DNA of 64,000 nt from the NCBI GenBank assembly GCA_965261345.1, contig OZ253449.1, positions 1,251,317 to 1,315,316 of the forward strand. Reading direction: 5' to 3'. Under the pieces are notes generated by a model. The model made no database searches. It was given only the letters and a program-made list of their open reading frames with translations, and was not told the origin of the DNA. Each line of letters starts with the position of its first letter. The first letter of the stretch is position 1. Of this stretch, positions 17,425 to 25,469 are shown one piece after another. The stretch comes from Chloroflexota bacterium. Lineage in GTDB: Bacteria; Chloroflexota; UBA11872; VXNJ01. Position numbers and translations under genes: made by a program.

Positions 17425-20133
17425 TTGAACACCAATATTGGGTTGCCGCTGGGCGAAAACCAGCTGCAACTGGAAACCGGTGATTTGGCGCTGCAGGCTG
17501 ATGGCGCCATCCTGGTTTCGTACGGAGACGTACGCCTTCTTTGCACGGCTTGTATGAAAGACAGCCCGCGCGAAGGACTCGACTTTTTCCCGCTCACCTG
17601 CGACTTTGAGGAAAAATCCTATTCGGTCGGTCACATCCCGGGTTCGGTATTGCGCCGCGAGGGACGTCCTCCCGACAGCGCCACACTGACCGCGCGACTT
17701 ACCGACCGCCCGCTGCGCCCGCTTTTTCCCAAAGGCATGCGCAACGACGTCCAGGTTATTAGCACCCTGCTGGCCTCGGACAAGGACATCGAAGCCGACG
17801 TGCTCGGCATCGTCGGCTGCAGTGCCGCCCTGCATATCTCGCGGATCCCCTTCAACGGGCCGATCGGCGCAGTGCGGATCGGCATGGACGGCGATGATTT
17901 TGTGATCAACCCCACCCGTTCCTTCCTGGCCGCCAATCCGGCTCTGGACATGGTGGTGGCCTCCACCGCCAAGGGTGTGGTCATGATCGAAGCCGGCGCC
18001 TCGCAGATTTCTGAAGCGGTCGTCGAACAGGCGATTGAGTTCGGTCACGAGCAAAACCTGAAGCTAATCGAGCTGCAGGAAGAACTTCGCGATCGTTGCG
18101 GCGTGGAAAAATCCGAGCCGATCATCGTTGGCGTTTCCGACGACTTGATCGACGCGGTCGAGTCGCAGGTCGGTTCCGAACTGGCCGCGGCGGTCCAGAT
18201 CACCGAGGGGCCCGACCGCTCCGAGGCGATCGCGACGGCCATGGCCAATGCCCAGGCGGCGCAGGCCGATTCCGGGCACGAGGCCGGCGACGTCAAGCAG
18301 GCGTTTGACCAGGCGCTAAAGGCCGCCACCCGGGCGGCGATCCTGGACCAGCAGTTGCGTCCCGATGGACGTTCGCCCCAGCAGTTGCGCGAGCTTTCGG
18401 CCAAGGTCGGAATTCTCCCGCGCGTACACGGATCAGGGCTGTTCCAGCGCGGTATGACTCAGTGCCTAAATGTCGTCACGCTGGGTAATGCCCGCTCGGT
18501 GCAGCGCATCGGATTGGACAACCTCGACTGGGAGGAATCCAAGCGCTACATGCACCACTACTACATGCCTCCGTACGCCTCGGGCGAGGCCTACCCGCTG
18601 CGTGGGCAGCGGCGGCGCGAAATTGGGCACGGCATCCTGGCCGAACGCGCAATTGCGCCGGTGTTGCCGAGCGAAGCGGAATTTCCCTACGTGATCCGCA
18701 CCGTTTCCGAGATTCTCTCCTCCAACGGTTCGACCTCGATGGCTGCCACCAGCAGCTCTTCGCTGGCGCTGATGGACGCCGGGGTGCCGCTCAAGGCTCC
18801 GGTGACCGGAATCTCGATCGGGTTGATCTCGGATGGCGAAGGCCGCTATGAGATCCTCTCTGACATCCAAGGTGCCGAGGACCACTTTGGCGACATGGAC
18901 TTCAAGGTTGCTGGCTCCGCCAACGGGGTAACCGCAATCCAGCTGGACATCAAACTGGATCACATCCCGCTGTCGATCGTCGGACCGGTCCTCGAGCAGG
19001 CGCGCGAGTGTCGCCAGGAAATCCTGGCAGTAATGAACGAGGCGCTGTCGACGCCGCGTGGTGACGTTAACGCCTGGGCTCCCAAGATCGTCATCCACAA
19101 GATCGACCCGTCCAAGATCGGTGAGGTCATCGGGCCCGGTGGCAAGGTGATTCGCAAGCTTGAAGAACTGACCGGGGCCTCAATCGACATCGCCGAGGAC
19201 GGCACCCTGACGGTGGCCGCGCCGCAGAAGGAGAAGGCCGCCCAGACGGTGGCCATGATCCGCGACATCATCGGCGACATCGAGATCGGCCGGACCGTGA
19301 AGGGCTCAGTCGAGCGCATCCTGCCGTTTGGTGCTTTCATTGAATTTGCGCCTGGCAAGCAGGGCATGATCCATGTTTCCGAGCTGGCCGACTACCGGGT
19401 CGAACAGGTCGAGGACGAGGTTTCAGTGGGCGATATCGTCGAGGCCAAGGTAATCGAGGTCGATGACCTTGGTCGCATTAACCTCTCGCGCCGCGCGGTA
19501 ATCCAGGGCGATGCCTACGAGGGTTACAAGCCGCGCCGCTCCGGCGGCGGACGACGTGATCGTGAAGGCGGCGACCGTGGTGGATTCCGCGGTGGCGGAC
19601 GACGCGATCGTGAAGGCGGCGACCGTGGTGGATTCCGCGGTGGCGGCGACCGTGGTGGATTCCGCGGTGGCGGCGACCGTGGTGGATTCCGCGGTGGCGG
19701 ACGACGCGACCGTGATGGCGACAGTGGTGGATTCCGCGGTGGCGGACGACGCGACCGTGATGGCGACAGTGGTGGATTCCGCGGTGGCGGACGACGCGAC
19801 CGTGATGGCGACAGTGGTGGATTCCGCGGTGGCGGACGACGCGACCGTGATGGCGACAGCGGCGGCGACCGTGGTGGATTCCGCGGTGGCGGACGACGCG
19901 ACCGTGATGGCGACAGTGGCGGCGACCGTGGTGGATTCCGTGGTGGCGGCGACCGTGGTGGATTCCGCGGTGGCGGACGACGCGACCGTGATGGCGACAG
20001 TGGTGGATTCCGCGGTGGCGGACGACGCGACCGTGATGGCGGCGACCGTGGCAAGGATCGCAATGATCACTCCGGATCGCCCGAGCGCAAGCCTGATCGC
20101 GACCGGCAGCCCGACTGGGAGTTTATGGATTGA
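17425..20133 (+). CDS. pnp: polyribonucleotide nucleotidyltransferase (PNPase) with a long C-terminal RGG/FRGG-repeat tail
   Basis: TTG start. Two RNase PH domains, KH and S1 domains are recognisable (...FGAFIEFAPGKQGMIHVSEL...). An additional ~190 aa of GGFRGGGRRDRDGDSGG-type repeats precedes the stop. The stop overlaps the dapB TTG start. Confidence 0.95.
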   Translation: MNTNIGLPLGENQLQLETGDLALQADGAILVSYGDVRLLCTACMKDSPREGLDFFPLTCDFEEKSYSVGHIPGSVLRREGRPPDSATLTARLTDRPLRPLFPKGMRNDVQVISTLLASDKDIEADVLGIVGCSAALHISRIPFNGPIGAVRIGMDGDDFVINPTRSFLAANPALDMVVASTAKGVVMIEAGASQISEAVVEQAIEFGHEQNLKLIELQEELRDRCGVEKSEPIIVGVSDDLIDAVESQVGSELAAAVQITEGPDRSEAIATAMANAQAAQADSGHEAGDVKQAFDQALKAATRAAILDQQLRPDGRSPQQLRELSAKVGILPRVHGSGLFQRGMTQCLNVVTLGNARSVQRIGLDNLDWEESKRYMHHYYMPPYASGEAYPLRGQRRREIGHGILAERAIAPVLPSEAEFPYVIRTVSEILSSNGSTSMAATSSSSLALMDAGVPLKAPVTGISIGLISDGEGRYEILSDIQGAEDHFGDMDFKVAGSANGVTAIQLDIKLDHIPLSIVGPVLEQARECRQEILAVMNEALSTPRGDVNAWAPKIVIHKIDPSKIGEVIGPGGKVIRKLEELTGASIDIAEDGTLTVAAPQKEKAAQTVAMIRDIIGDIEIGRTVKGSVERILPFGAFIEFAPGKQGMIHVSELADYRVEQVEDEVSVGDIVEAKVIEVDDLGRINLSRRAVIQGDAYEGYKPRRSGGGRRDREGGDRGGFRGGGRRDREGGDRGGFRGGGDRGGFRGGGDRGGFRGGGRRDRDGDSGGFRGGGRRDRDGDSGGFRGGGRRDRDGDSGGFRGGGRRDRDGDSGGDRGGFRGGGRRDRDGDSGGDRGGFRGGGDRGGFRGGGRRDRDGDSGGFRGGGRRDRDGGDRGKDRNDHSGSPERKPDRDRQPDWEFMD
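19545..20060 (+). repeat. in-frame tandem DNA repeats (30-51 bp units) encoding the PNPase Arg/Gly-rich tail
   Basis: The units ggcggacgacgcgaccgtgatggcgacagtggtggattccgcggt and ggcggcgaccgtggtggattccgcggt are repeated about 12 times with small variations. Confidence 0.9.
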
Positions 20134-20909
20134 TCAAAGTTGCGGTATCCGGGGCCGCCGGGCGCATGGGCCAGCAAGTGGCCGCAGCGACTCTGGAAGC
20201 TCCAGATACCGCACTGGTCGGTCTCTATGACTTGGCTCCGATCCCGGCCCAACTGGCGCCAGGGATCGGGGCCCCGGCGCGCGGCTCCGACCTTGACGGG
20301 GTTTTAAAAAACTCCGGAGCACAGGTGTTGGTGGACTTTACCAACGCCGCCGCCGGATCAGATCACCTGCACCGGGCAATTGAACTGGGGGTCAGTCCGG
20401 TGGTGGGCACTACCGGGTTCGACCCAGAAACCATCGACCGGTTGGCCAACGCGGCCGACCAGACCGGAATCGGGGCCTTTCTGGCTCCGAACTTCGCCCT
20501 CGGGGCAGTCCTGCAAATGCAGATGTGCGAATTGGCGGCGCGCCATTTCAACACCGTCGAAATCATCGAACTCCATCACGATCAAAAGATCGACGCCCCT
20601 TCAGGGACCGCAATGGCCACGGCGGCCAAGATAGCTGCAGCGGCCGGTGGAGCCCGCGATGTTAGGACGGAAAAATTTGCCCTGGAAGGTGCCCGCGGCG
20701 GCAATTTCGAGGGCGTGAAGGTGCACTCGGTGCGCCTGCCCGGACTGGTCGCCCACCAGGAAGTTATCTTCGGCGGGCTGGGGCAGACCCTTACCCTGCG
20801 TCACGATTCAATCAGTCGTGAATCGTTCATGCCCGGCGTACTGTTGGCGGTCCGGCGGGTCAGAGGGCTTTCTGGCCTGGTTGTGGGGCTGGAGCACCTG
20901 CTTAACTAG
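20130..20909 (+). CDS. dapB: 4-hydroxy-tetrahydrodipicolinate reductase
   Basis: 259-aa ORF. The N-terminal MIKVAVSGAAGRMG Rossmann motif and the HHDQKIDAPSGTA region identify it. Confidence 0.9.
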   Translation: MIKVAVSGAAGRMGQQVAAATLEAPDTALVGLYDLAPIPAQLAPGIGAPARGSDLDGVLKNSGAQVLVDFTNAAAGSDHLHRAIELGVSPVVGTTGFDPETIDRLANAADQTGIGAFLAPNFALGAVLQMQMCELAARHFNTVEIIELHHDQKIDAPSGTAMATAAKIAAAAGGARDVRTEKFALEGARGGNFEGVKVHSVRLPGLVAHQEVIFGGLGQTLTLRHDSISRESFMPGVLLAVRRVRGLSGLVVGLEHLLN

Positions 20910-21023
20910 CGGGCGCTTAAATGTTTTTCAACCACTGGTCTTACGTGCTATTGTTTGTCGGCGATCCGCGCCGTGGAGCGACGGAATTGCAGAACTCCAA
21001 TCCATAGGTAGAAGTACAAGGCG

Positions 21024-22094
21024 ATGCAGCCAATTTCGGTAGCCGTGGTCGGGGCCACCGGCGCTGTCGGAACGGAACTGCTCTCCATCCTGGCCCAGCG
21101 CCAGTTCCCGATCGGCGAACTTTCGCTGCTGGCCAGCCCGCGCTCGGCCGGCAAGCAGATTGATTTTGCCGGGCGCCCGCTGACCGTGCGGCCGCTGACT
21201 GACGATTCATTCGCGGGAATCGATTTAGTCTTTTCGGCCGCCGGATCCTCAGTCGCGCGGCAATTTGCACCGCATGCGGTCGCCGCCGGCGCCACCGTGA
21301 TCGACAAGAGTTCGGCCTGGCGCTACGAGGACGATATTCCGCTGGTGGTCCCGGAGGTAAACGGTGACGACCTGGCTTCCCACCCAGGAATCATCGCCTG
21401 TCCCAACTGTTCGACGATCCAGATGGTGGTGGCGCTGGCCCCGATCGATCGGATTTTTCCGATTGAGCGGGTGGTGGTATCAACCTACCAATCGGTAACC
21501 GGGGCGGGCGCGGCCGCGGCCGACGAGCTGTCGCGGCAGGTCCGCTCGATCGCCGCTGGGCAGTTGCCCGAAACGCGAATTCTGCCGGCGCAGATCGCCC
21601 TCAACGTGATCCCCGAAGTCGAGACCTTCCGCGCCCAGGACGGCTACACCGGCGAGGAGTGGAAGATGGCCGCCGAAACCCGCAAGATCATGAACCGCAG
21701 CGACCTTCGGATCTCGGCCACCTGCGTCCGGGTCGGGGTCGAGCGGGCCCATTCGGAGTCGGTCAACGTGGAATTTGAGGGGCCGATCGACGTCGACGAA
21801 ATCCGCGAGCTGTTGGCCAACTCGGCCGGCATTCAAGTGGTCGATGCCCCGCTGGGCGACCAGCCGCGCTATCCCACCGCGCTCGATGCGGCCGGCAATG
21901 ACTGGGTTTGGGTCGGGCGCATCCGCCGCGACGTCTCGATCGAACACGGGATCTGCCTCTGGGTGGTATCTGACAACCTGCGCAAAGGGGCGGCCACCAA
22001 CTCGGTGCAGATCGCCGAACTGCTGCTGGAGCGCGGCTGGCTCAAGGGACGGGCTGCAGCCCGTCCCGGGATCTTGAACTTAGAATCGGCCTAA
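21024..22094 (+). CDS. asd: aspartate-semialdehyde dehydrogenase
   Basis: The N-terminal VAVVGATGAVG motif and the active-site Cys region IIACPNCSTI identify it. Confidence 0.9.
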   Translation: MQPISVAVVGATGAVGTELLSILAQRQFPIGELSLLASPRSAGKQIDFAGRPLTVRPLTDDSFAGIDLVFSAAGSSVARQFAPHAVAAGATVIDKSSAWRYEDDIPLVVPEVNGDDLASHPGIIACPNCSTIQMVVALAPIDRIFPIERVVVSTYQSVTGAGAAAADELSRQVRSIAAGQLPETRILPAQIALNVIPEVETFRAQDGYTGEEWKMAAETRKIMNRSDLRISATCVRVGVERAHSESVNVEFEGPIDVDEIRELLANSAGIQVVDAPLGDQPRYPTALDAAGNDWVWVGRIRRDVSIEHGICLWVVSDNLRKGAATNSVQIAELLLERGWLKGRAAARPGILNLESA

Positions 22095-22110
22095 AAATCG
22101 ACGATTTACG

Positions 22111-23046
22111 TTGGGTCTGGGGGAGTTGGAAGTGAAGTTGGAATTCGGGCGCCTGATTACTGCCATGATTACGCCGTTTGATGATTCGGGGCGAGTCGAC
22201 ATCGATACTTTCGCGGCGCTGGCCGACGGTTTGATCGAGGCCGGGAACGACGCCCTGCTGGTCACCGGCACCACCGGTGAATCGCCGGTGCTTACCGAGG
22301 CCGAGCGGGCCGATCTCTACCGCGAGGCGGTCGGAGCGGCCAAGGGCCGGGCCAAGGTGATTGCCGGAACCGGCGGTTACAACACTCAAGAGAGCATCGC
22401 GCTGTCGCAGATGGCGGCCGAATGCGGCGTGGACGGGCTGCTGCAGGTTGCCCCCTACTACAACAAGCCGCCGCAGGAAGGCCTCTACCAGCACTTTCGG
22501 GCAATCGCCGGGTGCACACCCCTGCCCAACATGATCTACAACGTGCCCTCGCGCACCGTGACCAACATCTCCCCCACCACGGTCGCGCGCTGTTCGCGGA
22601 TCGAGAACATCTTTTCGGTCAAGGAAGCCAGCGGCGACCTGGACCAGATCTCTGAGATAATCCGCACCGCCGAGCCCGGATTCCTTGTCTATTCGGGCAA
22701 CGACGGAGATACCCTGCCGATGATGGCGCTCGGCGCGGTCGGGGTGGTCTCGGTTGCCTCGCACCTGGTATCCGGGCAGATAAAGGCGATGATGGAAGCG
22801 GTGGTGGCCGGCGACCTGCCCGCGGCCGCGGCCCTGCACCTGGAGATGCTGCCGCTCGTTCGGGCGCTCTTCCCTCCCGGCTGGAGCAGTCCGATCGCGC
22901 TAAAATCGGCGCTCAATTCGGTCGGCTTCGGGGTTGGCGTCCCGCGCCTGCCGCTGGTCGAGCACGATGTCTCCCTGGCCGCCGAGCTGGCCTTAACCAC
23001 CCGCAGCCAGCGACTGGACCAGTACCTGTTCGCACGGGTCGGCTGA
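22111..23046 (+). CDS. dapA: 4-hydroxy-tetrahydrodipicolinate synthase
   Basis: The DapA/NAL-family motifs ...TPFDDSGRVD...LLVTGTTGES... identify it. The start is TTG at 22111 or GTG at 22132. Confidence 0.9.
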   Translation: MGLGELEVKLEFGRLITAMITPFDDSGRVDIDTFAALADGLIEAGNDALLVTGTTGESPVLTEAERADLYREAVGAAKGRAKVIAGTGGYNTQESIALSQMAAECGVDGLLQVAPYYNKPPQEGLYQHFRAIAGCTPLPNMIYNVPSRTVTNISPTTVARCSRIENIFSVKEASGDLDQISEIIRTAEPGFLVYSGNDGDTLPMMALGAVGVVSVASHLVSGQIKAMMEAVVAGDLPAAAALHLEMLPLVRALFPPGWSSPIALKSALNSVGFGVGVPRLPLVEHDVSLAAELALTTRSQRLDQYLFARVG

Positions 23047-23047
23047 T

Positions 23048-23680
23048 CTGCCGGGACCCGAAGTCGGCCGGTCGATTGATGAGCTCGCCGACGCAATAAG
23101 GGCCTGCACCGATTGCGGCCTCTGCGCCGGTCGCCGGCAGGCGGTGCCGGGCGAGGGCAATCCAGATGCGCAGATCATGTTCATCGGCGAAGGCCCGGGG
23201 GCCCGCGAGGACGAGTCGGGTCGACCATTCGTCGGACCGTCCGGCCGGTTTCTGGGTGAGATGCTCACCAGCATCGGGCTTGACCGCTCTGACGTATTTA
23301 TCACCAACGTGGTCAAGTGCCGCCCGCCGGGCAACCGCGATCCGCTGCCGGAGGAAATTAGCGCCTGCTCGCACTGGCTCAAGGAGCAGATTAAGGTCAT
23401 CGCCCCAAAGGTTGTAATCTTGCTGGGCCGGCATGCCTTGCAACGTTTTTTGCCCGGGCGACGGATTTCTGCCGAACACGGCAGCATCCACCCATTCGGA
23501 TCGATCAGCGCGATGCCGATGTATCACCCGGCGGCGGCCTTGCACAACCCGCGGTTGCGCCAGGACTGCCTTGCCGATTTTCAGAGGTTGGCCAGTTTTC
23601 TGGCCGCGCCGCCGCCCGCCCCGACACCAGGCCCAGTCGAGCCTGACCCCAGCCCGCCCGTACAGAGATCGCTTTTCTAA
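23048..23680 (+). CDS. uracil-DNA glycosylase, family 4 (Fe-S type)
   Basis: The GEGPG(A)RED and VVKCRPPGNRDP motifs identify it. The reading frame continues upstream of the track's start codon through LADAIRACTDCGLCAGRRQAVPGEG, the family-4 Cys motif, so the true start is a non-ATG codon near 23048 and is uncertain. Confidence 0.8.
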   Translation: MPGPEVGRSIDELADAIRACTDCGLCAGRRQAVPGEGNPDAQIMFIGEGPGAREDESGRPFVGPSGRFLGEMLTSIGLDRSDVFITNVVKCRPPGNRDPLPEEISACSHWLKEQIKVIAPKVVILLGRHALQRFLPGRRISAEHGSIHPFGSISAMPMYHPAAALHNPRLRQDCLADFQRLASFLAAPPPAPTPGPVEPDPSPPVQRSLF

Positions 23681-23765
23681 AACACCGCGAGCTAAAGCGG
23701 CCGCCGCCCCGACTCGGCAGCCGACCCAACCCACTTTTGATTCATCTAGTTACAAGGTCTGTAAT

Positions 23766-25433
23766 TTGAAATCCAATCCGAAATCACTCCGCGCCACTTT
23801 TCTAGGGGGCCTGGGCGATGTCGGTCGCAACTGTCTGCTGCTCGAATGCGGCAACGACGCCATCCTGGTCGATTGCGGCGTACTATTTCCCGATGATCGG
23901 GTCAGCGGGGTCGATGTCATCCTGCCCGACTTTTCGCTGCTGGAGCCATACGCTGATAAGCTGCGCGGGGTCATCTTCACCCACGGCCACGAGGACCACA
24001 TCGGGGCCGCCCCGTACCTGTTGGCTAAATACGACCTGCCGCTTTATGGCTCGCCGTTGACGCTCTCCTTCCTGCGCGAGCGACTCGAGCAGAAAGGCCT
24101 GGCAAGCAAGGCCGACCTGCGGCGGCTGCGCGAGCGCCGGACCACCCAGCTGGGCTGCTTTGACATCACCCCGTTCCATGTCTGCCATTCAATTCCCGAC
24201 GCGATGGGTTTTGCGATCGGCACCCCGGTCGGCACCCTTATCCACACCGGCGATTACATGATCGACAACCAGCCGATCGACGGCCAACCGACCGACCTGC
24301 AGATGCTCGGGGCGCTGGGGGCAGAGGGCGTGCTGGCCCTGTTTGCCGATTCAACCAACGCCGACACGCCGGGGCACACTCCCTCGCAGCAGACGGTATA
24401 CGACGGTCTCGCCCAAGTGTTTGCGCAGGCCGACTATGGGCGGGTCATCGTGGCCAGCTTTTCCTCGAACCTGACCCGGGTCCAGCAGATCGCTGACCTG
24501 GCCGGGAACCACGGGCGCCGGGTCTGCGTGCTGGGACGATCGTTGGAGCGCAATCTGCCACTGGCCTCGGAGCTGGCCCTGCTCGACATCGAGCCGGGCG
24601 ACCTGATCCCGACAAAGCTGATCGACCAGATCCCGCACGAAGAGCTGGCGATCGTTTGCACCGGCAGCCAGGGGGAGCCCGGTTCGGCGCTCTCGCGCCT
24701 GGCCGATGGTCGCCACCCGCTGTTGGAAATAGATGAGGGCGACACGGTGGTGATTTCGGCCTCGGCAATCCCCGGCAACGAGCGTACGGTGCAGCGGATG
24801 ATCGGGAAGCTCTTCCGCCGCGGCGCCAACGTGGTATTTGGAAAACTCGGTCACGTGCACGTGAGCGGACACCCGGCCCGTGAGGACACCCGCGCCCTGC
24901 TGTCGGTTGTGCGCCCGCAATTTTTCGTGCCGGTCCATGGCAGTCACCACCATCTGGCCTTGCAGGCCCAGGTGGCGATTGAATCGGGAATGTCGCGGGA
25001 GGCGGTGCTGGTCGCCGCCGATGGCGATGTGGTCGATATCTCAGCTGATTCGATCGAATTGGTAGAGCATCGATCCTGCCCCCACATCTATGTGAATCGT
25101 GGCGCCGCTCCGGGCGTGGAGCTAAGCGAACCCTGCCTGCGGCAGCGGCAGCAGCTGGCCAACGCCGGGGTCGTGGCGGTACACGCCCAGATCGACCTGA
25201 GCTGCGGCCAGCTGGTCGGTCGCCCGCAGCTGGTCTCGCACGGGCTAATGGGCGGGGCCGAGCGGAAGATGTCCAAGCTTGCCGGCCGGCTCGGCCAGCT
25301 GCTGTCGGGCGATCGCCGGGAATTGCCCAACCTTGATGCGGCGAATGCAAAAGTTAAGATGGTTGTAGGGAGGCAAATAAAAGCCGAAACAGGCTTGCGG
25401 CCAACGATCCTGGCGATCGTTACCGCGGCTTGA
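23766..25433 (+). CDS. rnj: ribonuclease J (metallo-beta-lactamase / beta-CASP)
   Basis: The HGHEDHIG motif, the beta-CASP region and the C-terminal domain identify it. The start is set at TTG 23766 (LKSNPKSLRATFLGG...), giving 555 aa. The longer track ORF overlaps the UDG gene out of frame. Confidence 0.9.
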   Translation: MKSNPKSLRATFLGGLGDVGRNCLLLECGNDAILVDCGVLFPDDRVSGVDVILPDFSLLEPYADKLRGVIFTHGHEDHIGAAPYLLAKYDLPLYGSPLTLSFLRERLEQKGLASKADLRRLRERRTTQLGCFDITPFHVCHSIPDAMGFAIGTPVGTLIHTGDYMIDNQPIDGQPTDLQMLGALGAEGVLALFADSTNADTPGHTPSQQTVYDGLAQVFAQADYGRVIVASFSSNLTRVQQIADLAGNHGRRVCVLGRSLERNLPLASELALLDIEPGDLIPTKLIDQIPHEELAIVCTGSQGEPGSALSRLADGRHPLLEIDEGDTVVISASAIPGNERTVQRMIGKLFRRGANVVFGKLGHVHVSGHPAREDTRALLSVVRPQFFVPVHGSHHHLALQAQVAIESGMSREAVLVAADGDVVDISADSIELVEHRSCPHIYVNRGAAPGVELSEPCLRQRQQLANAGVVAVHAQIDLSCGQLVGRPQLVSHGLMGGAERKMSKLAGRLGQLLSGDRRELPNLDAANAKVKMVVGRQIKAETGLRPTILAIVTAA

Positions 25434-25469
25434 TGCGGCCCACCGGAACGCGTTAACCGGAGCTTTCCC

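Noticed and set aside
19545-20060. Possible CRISPR array suggested by regularly repeated ~30-50 bp units.
   Set aside because: The repeats are contiguous with no unique spacers, lie in frame inside pnp, and encode the RGG tail. No cas genes or leader are present. I found no CRISPR array anywhere in the window.
19423-20230. Long ORFs on both strands (19423..20070 -, 19524..20063 -, 19511..20230 +) with striking repetitive proteins (ATVAITVASSATAESTTV..., RRPPPRNPP...).
   Set aside because: They are alternative-frame and antisense readings of the GC-rich tandem repeats inside pnp. The PNPase frame is continuous with the conserved S1 domain and ends at the dapB start, so these are artefacts.
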